Notes: generated from the sequence alone by a model not told the origin. A DNA stretch of 64,000 nt from a virus (IMGVR_UViG_3300021963_008171:10995-74994), one strand, 5' to 3'. Shown: positions 8,302-16,285, counted from the first letter of the stretch. Numbers and translations are program-made.

Positions 8302-9194
8302 TGAAAAGGATAACAATCATATTAATCTTACTTTTCATAGGGGTTTATTCTAAAGCACAAATTGTAAAACCTGATACGTTACAGCTTTCACCTAAAGAAT
8401 TGTTTGGTGAGAGTGATGATTGGAATGATATAGGTATATTACAATCCTATATTGATTTTTCAAAAGACGTTCTTTCATCCTCAAATCTATCTGTTGGTAT
8501 AATCGGAAAACAGGTGTCAAGTACTTTAAATCTGGGATACAGTAAATGGTCTAATAATGGAGTATGGGGACACTCATTTTCCACATCAATAAATCCGATA
8601 TGGAATTATTATGGTGTTGGTTATGGATTTAGTAGAAATACTGATAAGAGAACAACAACATTACAAACATTCTATTCAACTGATTTTGATTTTCAAAAAG
8701 ATATCAGTATTTCATTTATAGATGTTTTCAGGACAAAAAAGTTTGGGACATTTGGGTATAGCTTAATTGCATCAAAAACATTTTGGGGAACATATGAAGG
8801 AGCATGGGAAGGAAAATACACAGTTGATGCGAATGGTAATTTTTTGGATTTGATTTACCCACAAATGCCGGCATCATCCGAAATGATTTATAAAGGAATG
8901 TTAATGTACACATATACAATCAAAACAAAGAGAGTTAATATATCCCCACAAATATTTGCTATGAGCGACATCTATAAAGATTTTAAGGATGGTACCTCTT
9001 CGGATTTAGCATATCTTGATGATTTCAATTTGGATTTATATTATGGTACATCATTCGATTGGAAAATAACTAAAAGATTTGTTTTAAACACTAATATTAG
9101 ATTCAACAAAACGTGGGATAAATTAAGCGAGTCTGTTGGATATAAAAAAAGTAATCCAATAATGTTTATGATAGGAACAAACTTTCAATTTTAA
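8301..9194 (+). CDS. outer-membrane beta-barrel-like protein (paralogous to the C-terminus of 10224..11669)
   Basis: Signal peptide MKRITIILILLFIGVYSKAQ. Alternating aromatic/Gly-rich strands with a terminal ...MIGTNFQF. Shared blocks: ISPQIFAMS/IAPQVFVTS and GTSFDWKITKRFVLNTNIRFN/GFSYDYKLTGRFGLNLNYRFS. Confidence 0.6.
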   Translation: MKRITIILILLFIGVYSKAQIVKPDTLQLSPKELFGESDDWNDIGILQSYIDFSKDVLSSSNLSVGIIGKQVSSTLNLGYSKWSNNGVWGHSFSTSINPIWNYYGVGYGFSRNTDKRTTTLQTFYSTDFDFQKDISISFIDVFRTKKFGTFGYSLIASKTFWGTYEGAWEGKYTVDANGNFLDLIYPQMPASSEMIYKGMLMYTYTIKTKRVNISPQIFAMSDIYKDFKDGTSSDLAYLDDFNLDLYYGTSFDWKITKRFVLNTNIRFNKTWDKLSESVGYKKSNPIMFMIGTNFQF

Positions 9195-9197
9195 AAG

Positions 9198-9455
9198 ATG
9201 AAAAAAATATTAATTATATCATTTTTATTCTTAACAATATCATCTTGTACTAGTTACAAGATTAGGGTAATACAGTATGATGGAACTGGATATTCGTTGT
9301 ATTTGCCAATGAAAAAACACGGATTGGATAAATGGTACGATGATAACATTGTGTACTATTCTGAAGAGATGGCAAGGTTTAAAATTAAAAAATGGAAGAG
9401 TGAGGAATATCATTCGGATCCGTGGAAAAAACCAAAATACATTAAAATAAATTAA
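9198..9455 (+). CDS. small lipoprotein
   Basis: MKKILIISFLFLTISSC contains a lipobox Cys. 85 codons. Confidence 0.6.
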   Translation: MKKILIISFLFLTISSCTSYKIRVIQYDGTGYSLYLPMKKHGLDKWYDDNIVYYSEEMARFKIKKWKSEEYHSDPWKKPKYIKIN

Positions 9456-9799
9456 TGAAAAAGATATTATTCATATTTCTGATTTTACTGTATGGATGTA
9501 CTAAACCGGAGTTACCAACACCGGCACCGCCAGTCGAAAAAATATTTGATGTTGGGGAGAGTAGTGTTACCAATGGACAATCTTTGTATTTTGATTTACC
9601 ATCACCTGGAGTTTATATTTTATCCTTAATTGATAAAGAGACAAACCAAGTAATAAGCAGAGAAAAATTCGTGGGTCAGATTGGGGAGAATTCAAGAAAG
9701 ATCTATACCAATTCTATAAAATCACAAACGCTATATCTATTGTTGTCAGATTCTTCTAAAAACGAGATGAAAAGAACAACTATATTAATAAGAAAATAA
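9455..9799 (+). CDS. small lipoprotein, beta-sandwich-like (T9SS-CTD-like pattern)
   Basis: MKKILFIFLILLYGC lipobox. The stretch GQSLYFDLPSPGVYILSLIDKETNQVIS...LYLLL resembles the Por-secretion-tail / Ig-like pattern. Confidence 0.55.
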   Translation: MKKILFIFLILLYGCTKPELPTPAPPVEKIFDVGESSVTNGQSLYFDLPSPGVYILSLIDKETNQVISREKFVGQIGENSRKIYTNSIKSQTLYLLLSDSSKNEMKRTTILIRK

Positions 9800-9810
9800 A
9801 ATAAAAAGAA

Positions 9811-10185
9811 ATGAAAAAATCACTAATCTTCTCAATCTGCGTTATTCTATTTGCAGGATGTACAAAAGACGACATGCTAATTCCTATGCAGGAACAAATT
9901 AAACCAGAGCTTGCTATTCAAAACAGCGTGGGTATTAAATTAGAAACCCCATTTGTTTCCAAGGAAGTTTCAATGAACGTAAAATTGGAAAAGGAAGGTA
10001 CTGTAGTTATTAAAATAACTGACATATCAAATAGAGTTGTATCTAAGGAACAGGTTAATGTAAAGGCTGGAGATAATCTATTGAAAGTTTATACCTCTGC
10101 TTTACCATCTTCTTCATATAGAATTGGTATCTACGACTCTAGTAACAATCTTCTAGGAATAACAGACTTTAATAAGATAAACTAA
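9811..10185 (+). CDS. small lipoprotein, beta-sandwich-like (T9SS-CTD-like pattern)
   Basis: MKKSLIFSICVILFAGC lipobox. The stretch VVIKITDISNRVVSKEQVNVKAGDNLLKVYTSALPSSSYRIGIYD matches the xIxIxDxxGRxV...G.N...L..G.Y pattern. Confidence 0.55.
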   Translation: MKKSLIFSICVILFAGCTKDDMLIPMQEQIKPELAIQNSVGIKLETPFVSKEVSMNVKLEKEGTVVIKITDISNRVVSKEQVNVKAGDNLLKVYTSALPSSSYRIGIYDSSNNLLGITDFNKIN

Positions 10186-10223
10186 AAGATTATCTTAAAA
10201 TATTTGAGGCGGAGAAAAATTGA

Positions 10224-11669
10224 ATGAAGAAATTATTATTGTTCCTTTTATTGGTAGTAGCATCCTTTGCTGCTAGTGCACAGACCTTCACCCAGACCTA
10301 TGTGGATAAATGTACTGGGGAGCTCAAAGTTGTGGTGTCTGCTCCTATGCCCAATGGTGGAGTAATGATTTCTTTTTATAATCAAATGAAGATATTCACG
10401 AATGCGCAGGTCAATGACGGAACGGTTCAAAAATGGCTGAATCAAGTTTATACTGATTATAATACAAGACCTTGTCCAGTAAGTACTGTTGCTGTACAAA
10501 CAGTTCAACAAACTGTTGCACAAGCGGCATCAGCTGCTGCATCTGCTGCAGCTTCTTCCGCAGCAAGTAATGCAGCTTCATCTGCAGCTAGTTCTTCGGC
10601 ATCAGCTGCTGCTTCATCGTCTGCAAGTAGCGCTGCAAGTTCTTCTGCATCATCTTCTGCTAGTGCTTCTGCTGGTTCATCCGCGGGTGCTTCTGCTGGT
10701 TCATCAGGAGGTCCTTCTTCTCAAAGCTCAGGCGGATCTTCAGGTTCATCTAGCTCTAACGGGGAAAGTAAAAGTAGTGGATCATCATCAGGAGAATCAA
10801 AATCTGAAAGTAAAGCTGAATCAAAATCTGAAAGTAAATCAGAATCAAAATCCGAAAGTAAAAGTGAGGAGAAGAAAGAGGAAAGCAAATCTGAGAGTAA
10901 AAAAGAGGAGAAGAAAGAGGAGAATAAAAAAGAAGAAGAGAAGAAAAAAGAGGAGGAGAAAAAGAAAGAAGAGGAAAAGAAGAAGAAAGAAGAGGAAAAG
11001 AAGAAGAAACAATCCGTTAGTAATCCCACACTAGTTGCTTCCGATCTTGCAGTAACACAAGGAAATGACGGTAGATATTCTGCTATGATATCAACAGGTA
11101 TAAGCAAATCTTCCATGACGGGAACGGAAAGTTGGGGATTAACATCCATGATATGGACAACATTTGATCAATTTGCTTTGAATGGCGGATACACTAAAAT
11201 GAATTTCGAAAAAGGCAAATTAAAGAACATAGATTCATATTCTATGACATTAGCATACCTTCAGGGAAATATCATGATTATGCAGGGTTATACGCACATT
11301 AAACCGGATCCTAAGATAGGTACTTATGGATTTAACGTAGGAGTTGTTAGCTTATTATTAAAGGATGGAAATAAGTATACCTATTCTGCTTCTTTTTCGT
11401 CCATCGGATTTTGGACAAAGATTTATCAGGTAAATAAAAAAACATCAATAGCTCCTCAGGTTTTCGTAACAAGCTCCCCGATATCATGGAATCCAAACAC
11501 CAATCAAACCTTGGTAAACAGACATTACGGATATATGACAGGGTTTTCGTATGACTACAAATTAACTGGAAGATTCGGGCTTAATCTAAATTATAGATTT
11601 TCTGGATCAACCCAAGCGGGAACACCGATATTGCATAATTTTATGATAGGATCGAGGATTATGCTGTAG
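10224..11669 (+). CDS. secreted protein: N-terminal domain, long Ser/Ala to Ser/Gly to Ser/Glu/Lys to Glu/Lys low-complexity linker, and C-terminal beta-barrel-like domain
   Basis: Signal peptide MKKLLLFLLLVVASFAASAQ. The linker spans roughly 160 residues. The C-terminal ~200 aa are paralogous to 8301..9194 and end ...FMIGSRIML. Confidence 0.65.
   Translation: MKKLLLFLLLVVASFAASAQTFTQTYVDKCTGELKVVVSAPMPNGGVMISFYNQMKIFTNAQVNDGTVQKWLNQVYTDYNTRPCPVSTVAVQTVQQTVAQAASAAASAAASSAASNAASSAASSSASAAASSSASSAASSSASSSASASAGSSAGASAGSSGGPSSQSSGGSSGSSSSNGESKSSGSSSGESKSESKAESKSESKSESKSESKSEEKKEESKSESKKEEKKEENKKEEEKKKEEEKKKEEEKKKKEEEKKKKQSVSNPTLVASDLAVTQGNDGRYSAMISTGISKSSMTGTESWGLTSMIWTTFDQFALNGGYTKMNFEKGKLKNIDSYSMTLAYLQGNIMIMQGYTHIKPDPKIGTYGFNVGVVSLLLKDGNKYTYSASFSSIGFWTKIYQVNKKTSIAPQVFVTSSPISWNPNTNQTLVNRHYGYMTGFSYDYKLTGRFGLNLNYRFSGSTQAGTPILHNFMIGSRIML
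10523..11010 (+). repeat. coding low-complexity tract including a 3 x 24-nt tandem repeat (10794-10865)
   Basis: GAATCAAAATCTGAAAGTAAAGCT, GAATCAAAATCTGAAAGTAAATCA and GAATCAAAATCCGAAAGTAAAAGT encode ESKSESK(A/S). GCN/TCN runs lie upstream and GAA/GAG/AAA/AAG runs downstream. Confidence 0.85.
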
Positions 11670-11675
11670 AAAAAA

Positions 11676-11707
11676 GATATATAAAGTTGAAAAAATCCTC
11701 ATTCCGT
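11676..11707 (+). promoter_or_regulatory. leader box copy 2: GATATATAAAGTTGAAAAAATCCTCATTCCGT
   Basis: Matches 3680-3710 except for one substitution and one inserted T. It begins 7 nt after the stop of 10224..11669 and heads a 168-nt leader before ATG 11844. Confidence 0.5.
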
Positions 11708-11843
11708 TAGCAAGAAATCTACATTTCTTCGTACGTCTTTTCAAAACTAGCTGGCTTATTGCCGGAAACCTGTATGAAAGGCGGGTCTCAACTTTGAGTA
11801 TTTTTTCTAGGTATTAAAAAAAACCGAATATAAAATAAACAAA

Positions 11844-12158
11844 ATGAGCGAAGAAACAGAAAACGACGGAACCTGGTCAGGTTTAAAAAAGACAATCGTA
11901 GGAGTACTTGGTACAGTAGTAACTGCAGGTGGAGTATTTTTAACTACACTATTAGGAGGCGGAGATAAAGACGAAGCCCCAGCACCAGCAGCCCCAGTAA
12001 TTAACATCACAAACTCAAATCAACAGCAACAAGCAGCAGGAAAAACCGTGATTATTCAGGGTGGCAACAATGGCGGAACAGGCAAACCAGCAGCTCCAGC
12101 TCCAGCACCTAAGAAGAAAGAAGGTGATGAGTTTAAAGAGGAAGCACCAAAATGGTAA
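11844..12158 (+). CDS. single-pass membrane protein with Pro/Ala-rich segments
   Basis: TM helix IVGVLGTVVTAGGVFLTTLLGGG, then APAPAAP ... KPAAPAPAPKKK. Confidence 0.55.
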   Translation: MSEETENDGTWSGLKKTIVGVLGTVVTAGGVFLTTLLGGGDKDEAPAPAAPVINITNSNQQQQAAGKTVIIQGGNNGGTGKPAAPAPAPKKKEGDEFKEEAPKW

Positions 12159-12334
12159 ATATGGAACAAGGGCTAAGTTTCATAGCAGTAGTTGCAGTAT
12201 GTTCAATAGCTATGTTTGTATTTAATTCACCAATAATGTTTTTAACATCTTTTATAATTGGATGTAGCTACTTGGTATTAAGAGGGAGAAAAAAGGGGTG
12301 GAGATTACCCAAAGATATAAAAAATACACATTAA
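12152..12334 (+). CDS. small two-helix membrane protein
   Basis: LSFIAVVAVCSIAMFVF and IMFLTSFIIGCSYLVL. The start is either ATG 12152 or ATG 12161. Confidence 0.45.
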   Translation: MVNMEQGLSFIAVVAVCSIAMFVFNSPIMFLTSFIIGCSYLVLRGRKKGWRLPKDIKNTH

Positions 12335-12348
12335 TAGAATAAATTAAA

Positions 12349-12918
12349 ATGGCAGAAAAAAATCAACAACCAAGTGGATTTAAAGACCTATTAAACTCGA
12401 TGATGACCCGCAGATGGTACATCACCGCATTAGTGTTAGGCGGATTTATGCTAATACTAGCAGGAATGTTTGCAGCTATAGGAATAGGAACCAAAATGGC
12501 AGGAGAATGGAAAGAGCTTCTTCTTTTATTATTAGGGGCTTTTATTGGCTCTTATGGTAAGATTATAGACTACTGGTTCTCAGATACCGACAAAGACAAG
12601 ATGCTAGTTCAGAAGATGGACGAAGAAGATGGAACTACTTTATCTCATACTAATGACATGAAGGAAACTAACAAGCCATACGCACCAACTATCCCTGATG
12701 CATTTGTTGCAGGAGCACAAGCTGCTAGAGAATTAGCAGTGGTTGAAAATCAGCAAAATTTTGAATTGGCTAAGGATCAACAAGAGCACGAGCAGGAAAT
12801 GGAAAAGCTTGAATATGAATCTCATAGACAATGCGAGCATGAATGGGGTGATTCCGATAATGATGGAGAACTTGAATGTCAAAAATGCGGATTGTTAAAA
12901 GACAATTTCGAGGGTTAA
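12349..12918 (+). CDS. membrane protein with an acidic/coiled C-terminal domain containing a CxxC pair
   Basis: Two hydrophobic helices (WYITALVLGGFMLILAGMFAAIGIG and LLLLLLGAFIGSYG). The C-terminus reads ...HRQCEHEWGDSDNDGELECQKCG. Confidence 0.55.
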   Translation: MAEKNQQPSGFKDLLNSMMTRRWYITALVLGGFMLILAGMFAAIGIGTKMAGEWKELLLLLLGAFIGSYGKIIDYWFSDTDKDKMLVQKMDEEDGTTLSHTNDMKETNKPYAPTIPDAFVAGAQAARELAVVENQQNFELAKDQQEHEQEMEKLEYESHRQCEHEWGDSDNDGELECQKCGLLKDNFEG

Positions 12919-12942
12919 TCCCAAACAATATAAAATAATAAC

Positions 12943-13197
12943 ATGACTTTTAAAGAATGGATCATAGATCTTTTTAAAGACGAAAGAGGAGCAATTTCAG
13001 TAAAACCTGTGATTGCATTTGTTGGATCATTATTCCTTTGCGGAACGATGTTAGCTAACTCTTTCAGTGAAGAGCATTTTAAACCAGCAGCAGAATTGGT
13101 GAATGCAGTAATGGTAATAACAGCAATCGGTATGGGCGCTGATACATTAGATAAATTCACTAAGAAAGCACCTGCGGACAAGCAAGAAGAAGCTTAA
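12943..13197 (+). CDS. small two-helix membrane protein (holin-like size and topology; unproven)
   Basis: Helices VIAFVGSLFLCGTMLANSF and LVNAVMVITAIGMGA with a charged C-terminus. A hairpin follows at 13204-13225. Confidence 0.5.
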   Translation: MTFKEWIIDLFKDERGAISVKPVIAFVGSLFLCGTMLANSFSEEHFKPAAELVNAVMVITAIGMGADTLDKFTKKAPADKQEEA

Positions 13198-13203
13198 AGT
13201 TGA

Positions 13204-13225
13204 GGAACGGGTTAATCCCCGTTCC
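13204..13225 (+). terminator. terminator-like hairpin
   Basis: GGAACGGG, loop ttaatc, CCCGTTCC: a perfect 8-bp stem 7 nt after the stop. The downstream tract is only weakly T-rich. Confidence 0.4.
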
Positions 13226-13258
13226 CTTCAAATACAAATAAAACACGACTAAACCCCC

Positions 13259-13492
13259 ATGAAAAATCAATTAACAAAAGCAAGTGAATTTCTATTTCAC
13301 GTATACCTAAGACTTTGTCTGTGCTGGGTATTTTTTGCACTAGGAATACAGGTATTCTTTGTGTATTTACAAGTTAGCGATCAACAAGAAAGAATGCGTC
13401 AATATTCAAACGAATTCGAATGGAAATTTGACGGAAGATTTAAAAACAATCCAGAAAACATTATGTACGAAGGACCGACATCTGAAAAATAA
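13259..13492 (+). CDS. small membrane protein
   Basis: Hydrophobic segment FLFHVYLRLCLCWVFFALGIQVFFVYL. 77 codons. Confidence 0.45.
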   Translation: MKNQLTKASEFLFHVYLRLCLCWVFFALGIQVFFVYLQVSDQQERMRQYSNEFEWKFDGRFKNNPENIMYEGPTSEK

Positions 13493-13502
13493 TTAGGAAA
13501 GA

Positions 13503-14240
13503 ATGAAAAAGCAAATATACAACATCTCAATACTGGTCATCGTTTTTATGATTGGTTTTGTTCTGACTACAAAAGCTCAGACTATAGGTAAAACGAAAAC
13601 TGAAGATTTTAAAGCGGACTTCGAAAAGAAGAAGGATATTTCAGCATATCTTGATTACGAGGGTCCAAAGAAAAATATTCAATTGTTAAAGTGCGGAATC
13701 AATGATGAAACGTACGAGGCATATCCAGAATTAAAAGAAAAAAGAGTAGGACTTGGTGTTACTAACATCGTATTAGAATATCTTGATAACCTAAATAGAT
13801 TCGAATTCACTGAGGATAAAACCGAGATTAAAAACAGAATGGTGAAGCAATTCCAAGCATCACAATCTGGAATTTCTGAAAACAAATTAGACGGTAGAGG
13901 AAAGATAAAGCTAGCACACTATTTTGTTGAAATTGAAGTCTATGATTATTCAGTATCTGAAGACGAGTCAATTAGTCTAAAGGATGGCATCAAAGATAAT
14001 CTTGTAACAAGATTGGGTCTTCAGGTTAGATTTACTAATGCAGAGACTGGAGCAATAATAGCAGCATCTGGATTAGGTGAGGCTAAAACAACTAGGGAAT
14101 TAACTCTTGTTGCTGATGCTTCTGTTGACCCTATTAAATTCAATCAATCTACAATTAGTATTTCAACCAAAAAAGCATTGGATATAGCATGTGCAAACAT
14201 TCTAGATAAGATGATTAGAAAGGGAGTATTCCCTCAATAA
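13503..14240 (+). CDS. CsgG-family-like secretion/assembly protein
   Basis: Signal peptide MKKQIYNISILVIVFMIGFVLTTKAQ. The blocks GVTNIVLEYLDNLNRFEFTE, LAHYFVEIEVYDYS and LGLQVRFTNAETGAIIAASGLGEAKT align by eye with E. coli CsgG blocks (ATAMLVTALKDSRWF, ANIMVEGSIIGYES, IAVNLRVVNVSTGEILSSVNTSKT). Confidence 0.65.
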   Translation: MKKQIYNISILVIVFMIGFVLTTKAQTIGKTKTEDFKADFEKKKDISAYLDYEGPKKNIQLLKCGINDETYEAYPELKEKRVGLGVTNIVLEYLDNLNRFEFTEDKTEIKNRMVKQFQASQSGISENKLDGRGKIKLAHYFVEIEVYDYSVSEDESISLKDGIKDNLVTRLGLQVRFTNAETGAIIAASGLGEAKTTRELTLVADASVDPIKFNQSTISISTKKALDIACANILDKMIRKGVFPQ

Positions 14241-14293
14241 ATTTAGGTATAGCTTAAAACACTATGCTTTAGTTACACGACCTAAAGTATAAA

Positions 14294-14941
14294 ATGAACT
14301 TAAAACACGACAATTCCTCACTTAACACCATAGTAGTGGTGTTCTTTCTAGCAATCTCACAACTATTCTACAGCTGTAAGAATAACAGTTCCCCTAGGAA
14401 AGTATCCGATAAAGATAAAGCATCAATAAGTAAAGGATTGTCAGATACAACATTTATTCACGACACCGTGTATGTGGATAATTTAATTCCGTTCGAAGTT
14501 TTAAGGGACACCATAATTTATAGAGATGTCCCGGCTATCGTTGACACTGCTGCGATATTGGGAATGTATAATGTTAAAAAAGTTAAAATCGATACACTCA
14601 AGCTTGATTATGGCTATATCACAGTGGTTGATACTGTTTCTGGAGGTAATATCCTATCTAGAAAATATTTCTCTAAGATTAAGGTACCTGTTAAAGAGAG
14701 GATCGAAAAGATAAAAGAAGAACCTAGGGGTAATCTGTATTTAGGCCTGAATGGGGGTTTAGATAAACCTAACTATGTTTACTCCCTGGGGACTTCTTTT
14801 CTCTATAAAACACCTAAGGATAAAATTTACGAACTTGGTATAGGGGTTTGGAATATGACATCTAATGGAATAGATGGCCAATTCATTCCGTATGTAAAAG
14901 GAGGGGTTTACTGGAAGGTTAACCTCAAAGGGAAGAAATAA
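14294..14941 (+). CDS. lipoprotein with a beta-rich C-terminal domain
   Basis: TIVVVFFLAISQLFYSC lipobox-like signal. The C-terminus is Gly/aromatic-rich (GNLYLGLNGGLDKPNYVYSLGTSFLYK...GGVYWKVNL). Confidence 0.55.
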   Translation: MNLKHDNSSLNTIVVVFFLAISQLFYSCKNNSSPRKVSDKDKASISKGLSDTTFIHDTVYVDNLIPFEVLRDTIIYRDVPAIVDTAAILGMYNVKKVKIDTLKLDYGYITVVDTVSGGNILSRKYFSKIKVPVKERIEKIKEEPRGNLYLGLNGGLDKPNYVYSLGTSFLYKTPKDKIYELGIGVWNMTSNGIDGQFIPYVKGGVYWKVNLKGKK

Positions 14942-15000
14942 TTTGCCATATTTAAATCGAATTATTTCCTGCATAATGATCTATAATCACTAAAAAATGT

Positions 15001-15237
15001 ATGGAAATTAAATCAAGTCCCCTTAATTGCACATTAGTTTTTGATTTTTCCGTGAACGATAAGAGCTTTAATGTTTCTCTTTATCAGGATCTAATCACCA
15101 ACGACAAATCCGTAATAGTCTTAAATCCTGATGGAACAGATGTTGATGATGTTGCATTATGCGATCTTATTGCTAAATATGCTATAGATAAATATAGTAT
15201 CACTTATGATCCGGGTACTGAGGATAACGAGGATTAA
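15001..15237 (+). CDS. hypothetical acidic protein
   Basis: 78-codon ATG ORF, co-oriented. Confidence 0.45.
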   Translation: MEIKSSPLNCTLVFDFSVNDKSFNVSLYQDLITNDKSVIVLNPDGTDVDDVALCDLIAKYAIDKYSITYDPGTEDNED

Positions 15238-15255
15238 TCAATTTAAAAATAGGTT

Positions 15256-15810
15256 ATGATTTTAGAACAAGAAGATTTCTTATCGGAGCAGGATTGCGAT
15301 AAATTAATAGAATTAGCTCGACCCCAACTTTTCAAAACAACAACTTTGGGAAAACCTGTCGATGGATACAGAGTAGCAGAGGGAGCATGGCTTATGTCGA
15401 CAGAAGAAACTGTGTGCAAATTTAGATGCTTAGTATCAGATCTTGTTGGAATTCCAGAGGAGAACATGGAGGGAACACACATAGTTAAATATGAAATAGG
15501 AGGAGAGTATAAGGTTCATCACGATTTTTTCCATCCCAATGAAGGATATTATGATAGGGAAGTAACACAGAGAGGTGGACAGAGAACTAAAACCGCTCTG
15601 GTTTATCTTAATGACGATTTCAAGGGCGGGTCCACTGAATTTCCACAAAAAGAAAGAATTATCACACCAAGGAAAGGAAAATTAGTAGTCTGGTCAAATC
15701 TTAACGAAGATGGAACTTTAGATTTTACAAGTCTTCATGCGGGACTTCCTGTCGAAGAAGGAACAAAATATATTGCAGTAATCTGGATCAGGGAAAATAA
15801 ATTCAGATAA
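15256..15810 (+). CDS. prolyl 4-hydroxylase-like 2OG-Fe(II) oxygenase
   Basis: HxD in YKVHHDFF, the distal His in SLHAGLPV, and the 2OG-binding Lys in TKYIAVIWIRE. TALVYLNDDFKGGSTEFP is typical of the P4Hc family. Confidence 0.8.
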   Translation: MILEQEDFLSEQDCDKLIELARPQLFKTTTLGKPVDGYRVAEGAWLMSTEETVCKFRCLVSDLVGIPEENMEGTHIVKYEIGGEYKVHHDFFHPNEGYYDREVTQRGGQRTKTALVYLNDDFKGGSTEFPQKERIITPRKGKLVVWSNLNEDGTLDFTSLHAGLPVEEGTKYIAVIWIRENKFR

Positions 15811-15837
15811 ACATTTTTTTACTGACTGTACTATTTT

Positions 15838-15845
15838 TACATTTG
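15838..15845 (+). promoter_or_regulatory. TACATTTG = TAnnTTTG -7 box (preceded by CTGTACTAT)
   Basis: 17 nt upstream of the 15863 start. CTGTACTAT (15826-15834) recurs at 16326-16334, upstream of a TATATTTT box before the gene at 16369. Confidence 0.4.
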
Positions 15846-15862
15846 TAGAAAATCATTATACC

Positions 15863-16285
15863 TTGGGGCACGACATAACAGCAACATCGAAAAAATCTGG
15901 AGAAAGACTTTCATATATTAGTATAAGTGCATTCAACCAGTGTAAATCCTGGATCTTATATGAATCCCTAAATTGTAATGAATTCAATTCCGGGGTTTCC
16001 GGTAATGGAGGATCTAAGATTATTCAAGAGAATGATATAAAAATCTCACTATCGAAGTTTAAATATTTGGCAACTGAGCCTATCCAAGAAATGGAATCTG
16101 CCGTTGTTTCTTCCAAGCCATGTAAATCAGCATCTGGGGTTTTAAAAAAAGTTCTGAGTGCCCTTGGATCTAAACCCGATCGGGGAGATATTAAAACTAA
16201 CCTCGACACAGAATCTTTGAAGGACGTCGAGAGATTCCTAACAGAAATACAGGATTCCGGGGAAATAGTCATAGATTTCCTCTAA
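15863..16285 (+). CDS. hypothetical protein
   Basis: 140 codons. Only a TTG start is available near the 5' end. Confidence 0.45.
   Translation: MGHDITATSKKSGERLSYISISAFNQCKSWILYESLNCNEFNSGVSGNGGSKIIQENDIKISLSKFKYLATEPIQEMESAVVSSKPCKSASGVLKKVLSALGSKPDRGDIKTNLDTESLKDVERFLTEIQDSGEIVIDFL

Noticed and set aside
10248-11149. Track ORFs 10248..10523 (-), 10489..11034 (+, alternative frame) and 10721..11149 (-)
   Set aside because: They are alternative-frame or antisense readings of the low-complexity Ser/Ala and Glu/Lys tract of 10224..11669. Their compositions (poly-L/Q/H, poly-R/K, poly-F/S) are repeat artefacts.
11844-13492. The five small membrane proteins as a holin/spanin lysis cassette
   Set aside because: No endolysin (muramidase, amidase or peptidase motif) is adjacent or anywhere in the window. 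The topology alone is not diagnostic, so they are kept as generic membrane proteins.
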